Below, in pieces: positions 26,247-39,420 of a stretch of DNA of 64,000 bases. How positions within the stretch are numbered: the first letter of the stretch is position 1; the number at the start of each line of letters is the position of its first letter. The notes under the pieces were generated by a model that was not told the origin of the DNA, did no database searches, and saw only the letters and a list, made by a program, of their open reading frames with translations. The DNA comes from Mobula hypostoma (taxonomy: Eukaryota), in NCBI RefSeq assembly GCF_963921235.1, contig NC_086118.1, positions 19,780,001 through 19,844,000 on the forward strand. Reading direction: 5' to 3'. The position numbers were made by a program, and so were the translations under genes.

Positions 26247-26545
26247 CTATATTAATGCAACAAGGGTGATGAACTTGGAGCATAGATCAGCACATGGAGC
26301 TACAATGTTGTGGTCTACAATGTTGTGGTCATTACAGGGATTGTCACTAGGCTGCAAAATTTTCTGGAGTTTTGATGCTTCCAAAGGGATGGGAGGGAGG
26401 TAAAAGAGGTGGGGAGTGATATTGCTAATCAGTAAGAATATCAAAGCTACAGAAAGGGAGGACATCCTGGAGGGACCATACACTGAGTCAGTGTGGCTGG
26501 AAGTCAGAAACAGGAAGAGAGCAATCACACTATTGGGAATATTCT
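26247..26545 (+). repeat. Local duplicate of 30622-30905 at the L1 5' junction
   Basis: Colinear with 30622-30905, with scattered substitutions and one extra 15-bp tandem unit (CTACAATGTTGTGGT). Confidence 0.92.
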
Positions 26546-29500
26546 GATCATGCGCCTCTGACTTTGTCTTTTGAATTTGATGATGTCATTCTTGCCCGCC
26601 CACCATGGCACCTGTCTCAGACATTACTGCAGAATTCTGACTTTGTCAGCTTCTTTGAAACCCAGATAAAAGTATTTTTTTCTTTTTAATGATATAGGGG
26701 GTACGTCCAAATTAGTCATATGGGATACATTTAAAGCATTTTTACGTGGTCAGATCATTTCTTATTCAGCTAAGCTTAAAAAACAGACTAAAGTAGAATT
26801 CGATAAGATTTCAAAACAAATTTAAGACTTCGGTAATATTTATGCAATCTCCCTAATATTGATTTATTCAAACAAAGGGTGGAACTCCAAACACAATATA
26901 ATTTATTATTAACTCATCTGATTGAAGGCTACTTGCTTAAGCTAAAGAGCCAATTTTATATGTTTGGAGATTAAGATAACAAACTGATTGCATCTCAATT
27001 AAAAACAGCTAGAGTCAAAAGGCAAATTTTGAAAATCCATAGGAAAGGTGGTACCCTGGTTTGGGAATATGAAGAAATTAGTAAGATTTTGCGAGGTTTT
27101 TATACTGAACTTTATAAATCTCAATCTCCAGTAGATTCTTCTAAAATGAATGCTTTCTTACGAAAGATTGCTTTTCCTCAAATTTCTGTAGAGGATCAAA
27201 AAAATCTTGATGCCCAAATTACTGAATTTGGGAAATTGCTTTCTCAATGTATGTTGGAAACACTTAAGGATTCTTCTGTGAAAGGTGATTTACCCTCTAC
27301 TTTTTATGAAGCTTCTATTTCTTTAATTCTTAAAAAAGTTAAAGATCCTACTGATTGTGCCACATTAAGATCTATTTCATTATTGAATGTTGATGCTAAG
27401 AGTCTGTCAAAGATAATGGCCAATCGGTCGGAAAATATTTTGGGTAAAATTATTTTTAAAGATCAAACAGGCTTTATAAAGGGTCATTATTCCTTTTCAA
27501 ATGTTTGGAGATTACTTAACATTATATATTCATCCTCTTTTAAAACTCCACAATGCGTTATCGCTTTGGATGCTGAAAAAGTGTTCAATCGAGTCGAATA
27601 GAAATATTTATTTAATGTTTTAGAGAAATTTGGCTTTGGTGTTAATTTTAATATTTGGATTAGAATGATATATAAAACTCCTATTGCTACTGTTATTACT
27701 ATTAATGGTAAATGCCTTTTTTTCAGTTTTCACGGGGCCAAGACAAGGTTGTCCATTAAGTCCTTTGTTATTTCATTTACTATTAGAACCCCCTGCTATG
27801 GCTCTTCATGAAGCTAAAGATATTTATGGGGTTTTTGTGAATGAGACCATTCATAAGATTTCTCTTTACACTAACGATTTACTGGTTTATATATCCAATC
27901 CCGAGGAACCTATTTCCTGCCTTGCTAAAATTATTTAATGAATTTGGAGATTTTTCAGGATATGAAATAAATTTTAGTAAAAGTGAACTGTTTCCTTTAA
28001 ATGAATCTGTTTCTATATATGATAATACTCCTTTCAAAGTCACGGATTCCTTTAGATATTTAGGTGTTACAATCACTAAAAAACATAAGGATTTTATTTT
28101 GTTTCCTTGGTAGATTCTATGAAGTATTTATTTAGTAGATGGAACCCACTTGCATTTTCACTTGCTGGTCGCATCCATACAGTCAAAATGAGGATTTTAC
28201 CAAAATTTTTATATTTATTTCAGAATATCCCTGTTTTTCTGACTAAGAAGTTTTTTGATCAGATTTATTCTATTATTTCATCTTTTATTTGGAATAATAA
28301 AAGACCAAGAATTAGTAAATGTCACTTACAAAAGTTGAAAAAGGATGGAGGGTCTCGCTTTGCCTAATTTAAGAATGTATTATTGGGCTGTTAATGTGCA
28401 ATATATGTCCTTTTGGTTACACTGGGTTGATAAGAATGATCAGCCAATTTGGGTAGACTTGGAACTGAAAGCTGTGAAACAGTTTTATTTAACCTCGTTA
28501 TTGCGAGCAGCTTTACCTATACAATTAGCTGAAGTTGCTAATTTAAATTTATAGCCTGTGATTAAGAATTCTTTACAAACTTGGATCCAGTTCCGTATTT
28601 TTTTTAAATCTTAAAAAATTTGAACTTTGTAGTTTAATTTATCGAAATTATTTTTTTAAGCCTTCTTTGAGTCATCCAATTTTTTACTTTGGAAAAATAA
28701 AGGTATTAATTCTTTTCTGGATTTATTTAAAGAAGATAGACTGATGTCTTTTGAACAATTAGTTGATAAATATTCTCTTTCATACTCACACTTTTTACAA
28801 TACCTTCAAATTAGACATTATTTACAAAAATATTTAAGTAATTTTCCTTATATATTGGATGCCGACCTGTTAGATACTATTACGAGTATGAACCCCTTGA
28901 TGAAGAATTTATAATTTACTATTACAATGGGATAAGCGTACTTTATTTAAGATTAAACAAGATTGGGAAAAGGAACTCAATTTGACTTTTACGGCGGAGG
29001 ACTGGATGCGGATTTTGAAGTTACTTAACTCTTCTTCGATCTGTGCTAGTCATTCACTGATTCAATTTTAAATTGTACATCGTTACTATTTGACGAAGGA
29101 GAGATTGTCTAAAATGTTTCCTAATGTTGATAGTTACTGTGATAGATGTAAAACTAAGACAGCTACACTGACACACATGTTTTGGTCTTGCTCTCTACTG
29201 GAACAGTTCTGGAAGTCAGTTTTTTCTACAATTTCTAAAGTACTTAAAATTAATTTACAACCTAACAAATTAACTGTGCTTTTTGGAATAATTCCTCAAA
29301 ATATCCGTCGTATCTCTTTGTCTGACCAACATGTTATTGCATTTGTTACATCGATAGCTAGGAGGGCCATTTTGTTGAAGTGGAAGGATACGTCAGCTCC
29401 CACTTTGTCACAATGGTTCTCTCAAGTGATGCTATGTCTCAGTTTGGAGAAAATTAGAAGTCGAACCTTTGAACCTATATTTGATTTTGAGAAAAGATGG

Positions 29501-29813
29501 GGTTCATTTGCTCGTTACTATCATTTGAGTTAATTCATAGATTTCCTCCGTGATCTAATTGTAAATTTTTGGTATTTTTGTTCTTGCTGGCGGTTTGATG
29601 TTTATCTTTAGAAGCTTTTTTTATGATGCATGGCTCTGGGGTTTTTTTCTCACTTTTCTTTGCTTTAGTAGGGTTTTTTTCTTTTTTTTTGTCACCAATA
29701 TTTTTTCAATCTTTAAAACAGTTTTTTTTTCTCTTGAGGCATTGTAAGTGTTGCCTACTTCGATGTACTCTTGTTAATTTTGGATAATAATAAAAAAAAG
29801 ATTTGAAAAGAAA
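26543..29813 (+). mobile_element. L1-clade LINE, 5'-truncated within the endonuclease; ORF2 pseudogene plus 3' UTR
   Basis: SDHAPL, IWDTFKAFLRGQIISYS, SISLLNVDAK, DQTGFIKG, LDAEKVFNRVE, RQGCPLSPLLF, FRYLGV and a C-terminal CCHC; AATAAA and A-rich end. Confidence 0.95.
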
Positions 29814-31091
29814 GGATGAAAGGGAAAGACCATAGGCAAATAGTGTAGAATTCTCCTGTGGCCGTTGCTCTCTGTAACAAGTATAGCACTTAGTTTACTG
29901 TTTTGGGGTGAAAGTAAGCCACATCAACCAGGTCACTGGCACTGAGTCTGGCTCTGTGGCTCAGAAGAGAAGGGACAGAAAAAAGAATGGTGGTGATAAG
30001 GGATTTAATATTTAGGCTAGCAGACAGGAGATTCTAAGGACATGAAAAAGACTCCCAGATAGTATGTTGCCTTCCAGGTGCCAAGCTCAGGGTATCTCAG
30101 ATGGGGCCCACAGCATTCTTAAGGGGGACGGCGAGCAGCCAGAAGTCATGGGAGATATCGGCATCAACAACGTAGGCAGGAACCAGAATGAGGCCCTGAA
30201 GAAAGAATATAAGAAGCCAGGTAAGAAGCTGAAAAGCAGGACCTTCAGGGTGGTAATCTTGGATTGCTGCCTGTGACATGTACCAGTGAGGGTAGGAACA
30301 GGATGATTTGGCAGATGAATGTGTGACTGAACGATTCGTGAAGGTGGGCAGCATTTCAGGTTTATGGATCGTTGACATCTCTTTTGGAGAAAGCAATACC
30401 TGTACAAGTTACACCTGAACTTAAGGGGAACCAATATCCCTGCGGAAAGGTTTGCTGGAGCTGTCGGGGAGGGATTCAACTAGTTTGGCAGAGGAATGGG
30501 AGCCAGAGTAGAGATCAAAGGTTGGAGCAGCCAATTCAAAGGTAGATTCAGTGTGCAGAGAAATTGTGAGGAAGGATACAATTGCTGTCAGTTGGATGGA
30601 CCAAGTCAATTGGAGGTGTGTCTATATTAATGCAACAAGAGTGATGAACTTAGAGCATAGATCAGCACATGGAACTATAATGTTGTGGCCATTACAGGGA
30701 CTGTCACTAGACTGTGAAATTTTCTGGGGTTTTGATGCTTCCAAAGGGATGGGAGGGAGGTAAAAGAGGTGGGGGGTGGCATTGCTAATCAGTAAGAATA
30801 TCGAAGCTGCAGAAAGGGAGGATATCCTGGAGGGATCATACACTGAGTCAGTGTGGGTGGAAGTCAGAAACAGGAAGAGAGCAATCATATTATTGGGAAT
30901 ATTCTATAGTCAACCCCTCCACCCCCGATAGCAAAAGAGACACCAAGGAACAGATCGGGAAGCAGATTTTGGAAAGGTGAAAAAATAACAGGGTTGTTGT
31001 CATGGGCGACTTCAACTTCCCTAATACTAATTGTCACCTCCTTAGCGCAAAATGTTTAGGTGGTAGAGAATTTGATAAGTGTGTCCAGGAA

Positions 31092-32918
31092 GATCCTGCT
31101 GTAGATGGCAGAAATTGCAAAGAAAGATATGCTGGATTCAAAGGCTCGTGGAGTGGTAGGTGAGGTCAAGAAGAACTCTATCCCTTTTATGTCAGCGGGA
31201 AGATGGAGTGGGAGGGGAATGTCCAGGAAATTAAGGACTTGTGGATGAGGGCAGCATTGATGGTAGAGGAGGGGGAAACCATTCTTTGAAGAAACAGGAC
31301 ATTTCAGATATTCTGAAATGGAAAGCTTCATCCTGAGAACAGTTGTGGCAAAGATGGAAGAACAGAGAAAGGGAAATATTATTTTTACAAATGACAGGGG
31401 GTGAAGAGGCATAGTCAATATAGCTGTGAGAGTCAGTATGTTTATAAAAGATATCAGTAGATAGTCTGTCTTCTGAAATGGAGACATAGAGATCAAGAAA
31501 GTGGAAAGATGTTTCAGAGATAGACCAAGTAAATTTGATGGCAAGATGAAAGTTGGAGGCAAAGTTGATGAAATTGATGAGCTCAGCAAGGGTGCAGGAA
31601 GCAGCACCAATGCAGTCATCAATGTAATGTAGAAAGAGTTGGGGAGTGTTCCCAGTGTAGGCTTGGAAAATGGAGTATTCCACATAGCTGACAAAAAGGT
31701 AGGCATAGCTGGGGCCCAAGCAGGTGCCCTGTGTCAATTGGTTAGGTCTGTTGTCTAGAAAGAAGTACAGGTCTGCCTGATGGGGGATAGAAATGTATAG
31801 ATATTGGACTCCACAGTGAATAAAATGATCAAGGCTGGGGAACTGAAATTGATTGAAGAGATAGAGTGTGTGAAGTGTCATTGATGTAGGTGAGAAGGGA
31901 CTGAACTAAAGGCAACAAAATGAAGTCAAGGTATTCAGACGCAATTTCAGTGGACAAGGACATGCAGAAACTATAGGCCTAAGTGGACAGTCAGCTTTGT
32001 GGATCTTGGGTAGAAGGTAGAAATGAGCAGTCCAGGATAAAGGAACTACGACATTGATGCCTGTGGTTAGGAGATCTTCAGAGTCAATAATGTTGCTGCA
32101 GGGTCCTTTTCAATGGGTATGTAAGAGGAAGTGTCTGAGAGCAGATGCCTGGCCTTAGCAAAGTAGACGTCAGTCCACAGGATTATAACAGCGTAACTAT
32201 TTTCTGCAGGTTTGATGGCGAGGTTGGGATTGGTGCAGAGAGAGTGGAGAGCGGTGCGCTCAAAGGGTAGGAAGTTCAAATAGGAGAACGGAGTGCTGAA
32301 ATCAAACAGATGATGCTTCATCTGCTGTTAGAGATGAAGAGATCCAGAGTGGGTAGAAGACCTGAGCAGAGTGCAGATGGGAGAAGGAACCATCGGTGAG
32401 GGTGGGGAATCCTTTCTAAGGAAACAGGGTCAGAGGTGGAGGTGATGGAAGAAGAGTTTGGCGTCATGGTAAGTGTGGAACTCATTAAAGTGCGGGTGCA
32501 GAGGGACAAAGATTTAGGCCGTTGCTACGACGGAAGGTTCTGCCTCAGAGTGGGGAAGTTGGAGGGAATGATGAAGGGACAACAAGGATTAGGGCTAGGG
32601 TTATGGGGGGGGAGGTGAAGAGATAGAGGGTTCTGAGGAGAGTGGAAAATAGGGTTGTTCAGGGAAAGTCGGGTGGGAGGAAGATAGGGGCTCATTGAAA
32701 GAAGAGAGAATGAGGAATAGAGGGGAGCCTGAGAGACCAGGTGCTTGCTGGGAAGTAAATGTGGGAGAAAGAGCCATAAGACGGGCAGTGAGAAAGGACT
32801 TGGCCTGGAGGTGGAGGTGATTTCGAGGTGTCCTGGGCCATCAGAATTGAAGCTAGAGGTGGCAGGATCAGGATCATGCCAATGCTGGAGGCAGCAAGGT
32901 CCCAGCAAGAGGTTCTGC
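31092..32918 (-). mobile_element. Penelope-like element fragment (N-terminal region + RT; endonuclease and pseudo-LTR missing)
   Basis: GPSYAYLFVSYVE and FLHYIDDCIG..FLDLYVSISEDRLSTDIFYKHTDSHSY; homologous to 48630-50500. Confidence 0.9.
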
Positions 32919-33902
32919 AGAGATCTGTTCTAGGATCCCTGCTCTTTATGATTTTTTATAAGTAACTTGGATGAAGAGGTGGAAAGGGTAAGTTAGTAAG
33001 TTTGCAGATGACAAGAAGGTTGGTGGTGTTGTGGATAGTGTAGAAGATAGTGTAGTGTTGTTGATAGAATATAGAGCTGGGCTGAGACGTGGCAGAAGGA
33101 GTTCAATCCAGAGAAGTGTGAAGTGATACATTTTGGAAGGTCAAACCTGAAGACAGAATACAATATTAATGACAGGATTCTTTGCAGTGTGGAGGAACAG
33201 ATGCATCTTGGGGCCACATCCATAAATCCATCAAAGTTGCCGTGCAAGTTGGCAGAATGGTTAGGAAGGCATCTGGTGTGTTGCCCGACATTAGTTGGAG
33301 ACTGAGTTGGAAAGCTGTGAAGTAATCTTGCAGCTCTATAAAACTCCAGTCAGACCACACTTGGAATATTGTGTTCAGTTCTGGTCACTTCATTATATGA
33401 AGGATGTGGAAGTTTTAGAGAGAGTGCAGAGGAGATTTACCAGTATTTTGTCTCAATTGAGGGCATGTCATATCAGAAGAGTTGAGACAGGGCCTTTCTT
33501 TTTGGAGCAGATGATGAGAGGTAACTTGATAGAGGTGTATATGATGTTAAGAGGCCTAGATCGAGTGGTCAGCCAGAGACATTTTCCCAGGGAGGAAATG
33601 GCTAATATGATGGGGCATAATTTTAAGATAATTGGATGAAAGTATGGGAGTGGGTATCAGAGGCAAGGTTTTTACACAGAGACTGGTAGTGCGTGGAATG
33701 CACTGCCAAGGCTGGTAGCAGAGGCTGTACACTAGGGATATTTAAAAGATATTTTAGATGGGCACATGGTTGAAGATAAATGGAGGGCTATATGGGAAGG
33801 AAGGGTTAGATTGATCTTAGAGTAGGTTAAAAGGTCAGCACAACATCATGGACCCAAAAGCATGTATGGTGCTGTAGTGTTTTATATTCTATGTTCTATA
33901 TT

Positions 33903-36735
33903 AGACCGTTAGGCCATAAGATATAAGAGCAGAAGTAGGCCATTTGGCCCATCAAGTCTGCTCCACCATTCATTCATGGGCTGATCCAATTCTTCTAGTC
34001 ATCCCCATTCCCCTGCCTTCTCCCTTTAATTCCCTGGCTAATCAGGAACCTATCTATCACTGCCTTAAATACACCCAATGACTTGACCTCCACAGCCACT
34101 CGTGGCAACAGATTCCACAGATTTACCTCTCTCTGACTAAAATAATTTCTCCACATCTCTGTTCTAAATGGACGTACTTCAATCCTGAAGTCGTGCCCTC
34201 TTGTCCTAGACTCCCTTACCATGGGAAATAACTTTGCCATATCTGTCTGTTCAGGCCTTTTAACATTCAGAATGTTTCTATGAGATCCCCCCTCAATCTC
34301 CTGAACTCTAGGGAATACAGTCCAAGAGCTGCCAGACATTCCTTATTCGGTAACCCTTTCATTCCTGGAATCATGTTTGTGAATCTTCTCTGAACTCTCT
34401 CCAATGTCAATATATCCTTTCTAAAATAAGGAGCCCAAAACTGCACACAATACTCCAAGTATGGTCTCATGAGTGCCTTATAGACCCTCAACATCACATC
34501 CCTGCTCTTATATTCTGTATATCTAGAAACGAATGCCAACATTGCATTCTGCTTCTTCACCACCAACTCAACCTGGAGGTTAACCTTTAGGGTATCCTGC
34601 ACAAGGACTCACAAGTCCCTTTGCATCTCTGCATTTTGAATTCTATCCCCATGTAAATAATAATCAGCCCATTTATTTCTTCCACCAAAGTGCATAACCG
34701 TACATTTTCCAACATTGTATTTCATTTGCCACTGCTTTGCCCATTCCTCTAAACTATCTAAGTCTCTCTGCAGGCTTTCTGCTTCCTGAACACTACCCGC
34801 TCCTCCACCTATCTTTGTATCATCAGCAAACTTAGTCACAAATCCATTAATCCCGTAGTCCAAATCATTGGCATGCATCGTAAAAAGCAACGGTCCCAAC
34901 ACCAACACCTGTGGAACTCCACTGGTAACCAGCAGCCAGCTAGAATAGGATCCCTTTATTCCCACTCTGTTTTCTGCCAATCAGCCGATGTTCCACCCAT
35001 GCTAGTAACTTCTCTGTAATCCCACAGTCTTTTATCTTGCTAAGCAGCCTCATGTGTGGCACCTTGTCAAAGGCCTTCTGAAAGTCCAAGTACACCACAT
35101 CTACTGCATCTCCTTTGTCCACCCTGCTTGTAATTTCCTCAAAATATTGCAGTAGGTTAGACAGGCAGGATTTTCCTTTCAGGAAACCATGCTGGCTTTG
35201 GCCTATCTTGTCATGTGCCTCCAGGCACTCCGTAATCTCATCCCTAACAATCGATTCCAACAACTTCCCAACTACTGATGTCAGGCTCATAGGTCTATAG
35301 TTTCCTTTCTATTGCCTCGCACCCTTCTTAAAGGGCGGAGTAACATTTACAATTTTCAATCATATCTGGTACAATGCCAGAATCTATCGATTCTTGAAAG
35401 GTCATTGTTAATGCCTCCACAATCTTTCCAGCTACTTCCTTCAGAACCCAAAGGTGCATTCCATCAGGTCCTAGAGATTTATCCACCCTCAGACCATCAA
35501 GTTACTTGAGCACCTTCTCAGTCGCAATCTTCACTGCACAAACTTCAGTTCCCTAACACTCTTGAATGTCCGGTATAGCGCAGATGTCTTCCACTGTGAA
35601 GATTGATATATAATACGCATTCAGTTCCTCTGCCATCTCTGCATCTCTCATTACAATATCTCCAGCGCCATTTTCTATTGGTCCTAGATCTGCACTCAAC
35701 TCTCTTTTACCCTTTATGTACTTAAAAAAGCTTTTAATATTTTCTTTGATATTAGTCACCAGTTTCCTTTCATAATTCATCTCTTCCTTCCTAATGACCT
35801 TCTTAGTTTCCTTCTGCAAGTTTTTAAAAGCTTCCTAAATCTTTTACCTTCCCACTAGCTTTGCCTTCCTATTATGCCCTCTCTTTTGCTTTTACTTTGG
35901 CTCTGACTTCACTTGTAAGCCACGGTAGTGTCCTTCTTCCATTCGAAAATTTCTTCTTATTTGGAATATATCTGTCTTGCACTTCCCTCATTTTTTGCAG
36001 AAACTCCAACCATTGCTGCAGTGTTGTCCTTCCTGTTAGTGTCCCTTTCCAGTCAACTTTGGCTAATTCCCCTCTCATGCCATTGTAATTTCCTTTATCC
36101 CACTGAAATACCGACATATTGGAATTAAGTTTCTCCTTCTCAAATTTCAAAGTGAATTTGATCATATTATAATCACTGTTCCCTAAGGGTTCCTTAACTT
36201 TAAGCTCTCTTATCACCTCCGGATCATTGCACAACATCCAATCCAGCACAGCCAATCCCCTAGTGGGCTCAACAATATGCTGTTCTAAAAAGCTATCCCT
36301 TAGATATTCTACAAATTCTCTCACCTGAGGTCCAGTACTGACCTGGTTTTCCCAATCCACTTTCATATTAAAATCCCCAACGATTATCATGGCATTGCCC
36401 TTCTGACACGCCTTTTCTATCTTCTGCCGTAATTTGTAATCCACATCCCAGTTGTTGTTTGGAGGCCTGTATACAACTGTCATTAGGGTCCTTTTACTCT
36501 TGCCATTTCTTAACTCAACCCATAGAGACTCTACACTTTCCGATCCTTTGTCATCCCTTTCTAATGATTTAATACTATTTCATACACAGGGCCACACCAC
36601 CCCCTCTGCCTACTAACCTATCTTTCTGATACACCGTATATCCCAATGGCAGCCATCCTTTAGTCAAGCTTCAGAAATGGTCACAATGTCATACTTGCCA
36701 ATGTGCAGCTGAATTTCAAGTTTATCCATTTTATT
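33903..36735 (-). mobile_element. CR1 LINE with nearly complete ORF2 (endonuclease + RT) pseudogene
   Basis: VVYRPP, IVGDFN, SLTSVVGKLLESI, YLDFQKAFDKVPH, KFADDTK and LMRPYLEYCVQFW; CTTATGG tail. Confidence 0.93.
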
Positions 36736-37094
36736 TCTTATGCTATATTCCATTACCAGAATGATTGCAGAAACATACACTAGTATTTTGAAAGATGTGC
36801 AATTTTATTTTTTATTTGCTTATTTGCAGGCTTAAAGAATTTCTAAAGTTTCCAGTGATTAAAGTAACTGTGGTATGATTAATCACTTCAAATTTGCACC
36901 TTTTACTAGCAAAGACAATAAAAGAGTCACAATATTATTGTGAAGAAACAATAGCATTTCAGTACACTATTGCATCCTAAATAGTAGTCTATTACCTCCC
37001 ACTGAAATAAATGTGATTGTTATCAAGATGAGCTTTCTTATCAATTAACACGCACAGAGAAAAGTTATGGTGGTGCTACTAAATATTTTGGAAA

Positions 37095-37210
37095 TCAAAA
37101 AAACTGCAAATGCTAAAAATCTGAAACAAAAGCAGAAAATGTTATTTTTTACCTTTCCACAGATTATGCCTGACCTGTTGAATATGTCCAGTGTTCTGTT
37201 TTTAATTTTA
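37095..37210. repeat. Old inverted pair of Penelope-like tail remnants
   Basis: CTGCAAATGCT..AATCTGAAACAAAAGCAGAAAATG faces TTTCCACAGAT..GCCTGACCTGTTGA..TCCAGTGTTCTGTTTTT. Confidence 0.45.
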
Positions 37211-39420
37211 GATTATGAGGACACACAGTCCTTGTTTATTGTCATTTTGTAATGCATGCATTAAGAAATAATACAATGTTCCTCCAGTACGATATCACAG
37301 AAACACAGGACAGACCAAGACTAAAACTGACAAAAACCACATAATTATAACATATAGCCCAAGAAATAGTGGATGCATTAGTGATAATTTTTCAAAACTC
37401 GTTAGATTCTGGACTAGTTCCTGAGGATTGGAGGGTGGCTAATGTAACCCCACTTTTTAAAAAAGGAGGGAGAGAGAAACCGGGGAATTATAGACCGGTT
37501 AGCCTAACGTCGGTGGTGGGGAAACTGCTGGAGTCAGTTATCAAGGATGTGATAACAGCACATTTGGAAAGCGGTGAAATGATCGGACAAAGTCAGCATG
37601 GATTTGTGAAAGGAAAATCATGACTGATGAATCTCATAGAATTTTTTGAGGATGTAACTAGTAGAGTGGATAGGGGAGAACCAGTGGATGTGGTATATTT
37701 GGATTTTCAAAAGGCTTTTGACAAGGTCCCACACAGGAGATTACTGTGGAAACTTAAAGCACACGGTATTGGGGGTAAGGTATTGGCATGGGTGGAGAAT
37801 TGGTTAGCAGACAGGAAGCAAAGAGTGGGAATAAACGGGACCTTTTCAGAATGGCAGGCGGTGACTAGTGGGGTACCGCAAGGCTCAGTGCTGGGACCCC
37901 AGTTGTTTACAATATATATTAATGACTTGGATGAGGGAATTAAATGCAGCATCTCCAAGTTTGCGGATGACACGAAGCTGGGTGGCAGTGTTAGCAGTGA
38001 GGAGGATGCTAAGAGGATGCAGGGTGACTTGGTTAGGTTGGGTGAGTGGGCAAACTCATGGCAGATGCAATTTAATGTGGATAAATGTGAAGTTATCCAC
38101 TTTGGTGGCAAAAATAGGAAAACAGATTATTATCTGAATGGTGGCCGATTAGAAAAAGGGGAGGTGCAACGAGACCTGGGTGTCATTATACACCAGTCAT
38201 TGAAAGTGGGCATGCAGGTACAGCAGGCGGTGAAAAAGGCGAATGGTATGCTGGCATTTATAGCGAGAGGATTTGAGTACAGGAGCAGGGAGGTACTACT
38301 GCAGTTGTACAAGGCCTTGGTGAGACCACACCTGGAGTATTGTGTGCAGTTTTGGTCCCCTAATCTGAGGAAAGACATCCTTGCCATAGAGGGAGTACAA
38401 AGAAGGTTCACCAGATTGATTCCTGGGATGGCAGGACTTTCATATGAAGAAAGACTGGATGAACTGGGCTTGTACTCGTTGGAATTTAGAAGATTGAGGG
38501 GGGATCTGATTGAAACGTATAAAATCCTGAAGGGATTGGACAGGCTAGATGCAGGAAGATTGTTCCCGATGTTGGGGAAGTCCAGAACAAGGGGTCACAG
38601 TTTGAGGATAAAGGGGAAGCCTTTTAGGACCGAGATTAGGAAGACTTCTTCACACAGAGAGTGGTGAATCTGTGGAATTCTCTGCCACAGGAAACAGTTG
38701 AGGCCAGTTCATTGGCTATATTTAAGAAGGAGTTAGATATGGCCCTTGTGGCTATGGGGATCGGGGGTATGGAGGGAAGGCTGGGGCGGGGTTCTGAGTT
38801 GGATGATCAGCCATGATCATAATAAATGGCGGTGCAGGCTCGAAGGGCCGAATGGCCTACTCCTGCACCTATTTTCTATGTTTCTATGTTTCTATATAGT
38901 TACAACAGTGCAAACCAATACCGTAATTTGATAAAGAGCAGACCATGGGCATGGTAAAAAAAAGTCTCAAAGTCCCGAAAGCCCATCATCACACGCAGAC
39001 GGTAGAAGGGAAAAACTCTCCCTGCCATGAACCTCCAGCGCCGCAAACTTGCCGATGCAGCACCCTGGAAGCACCCGACCACAGCCAACTCTGAGTCTGT
39101 CCGAAAACTTCGAACCTCCAACCAGCCCTCCAACAACAAGCACCGAGCACCAACCCTGCCGAGCACTTCGACCCCGCCCCGGCCGCCGAGCAACAAGCAA
39201 AGCTGAGGACTCGGGGCCTTCCCCTCTGGAGATCCTGGATCACACAGTAGCAGCGGCAAGCGAAACAGGCATTTCAAAAGTTTCACAAGATGTTCCTCCG
39301 TGCTTTCACATCTGCCTCCATCAAATCAGGATTGTGCATGGCACCCTACTTGACAAATAACAGATGTTCATCACTGGAGTGGCCGCTGTGTGCTGCGTCA
39401 CGCCGCCATCTTCTCCTCTC
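37211..39420 (-). mobile_element. Non-coding, non-autonomous retroelement (~670 bp), apparently full length, interrupted by a young CR1
   Basis: 5' end GAGAAGATGGCGGCG with a CpG-rich body; 3' end AATAAA..CCTCATAATCT; second copy at 8798-9710. Confidence 0.75.
37358..38893 (+). mobile_element. Young CR1 LINE, 5'-truncated, RT nearly intact
   Basis: ORFs 37369-37623 and 37627-38667 are in one frame, separated by a single TGA; a frameshift follows near 38640. Full RT motif set, (TTTCTATG)n tail, TSD ATATAG (37352-37357, 38894-38899). Confidence 0.96.

Larger units (their letters stand above)
26040..33900 (+). mobile_element. Long CR1 LINE (ORF1 esterase-like remnant, ORF2 endonuclease and RT remnants), split by L1 and PLE insertions
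   Basis: ORF1 remnant VCCLPGA..ILKGDGEQPEVMGDIGINN at 30060-30200. Endonuclease VVVMGDFNFP at ~31000. RT from GSVLGSLLF at ~32920. TTCTATG tail at ~33890. Confidence 0.85.

Noticed and set aside
37627..38667. 346-aa ORF as a host gene or bacterial-type RT system (retron, DGR, group II intron)
   Set aside because: Typical CR1 ORF2 RT, 5'-truncated, with CR1 3' UTR, octamer tail and TSD; no accessory genes or template repeats.
38900..39420. CpG-rich patch with overlapping ORFs as a gene promoter or first exon
   Set aside because: It lies inside a repeated element whose second copy is at 8798-9710; the ORFs reflect high GC content.
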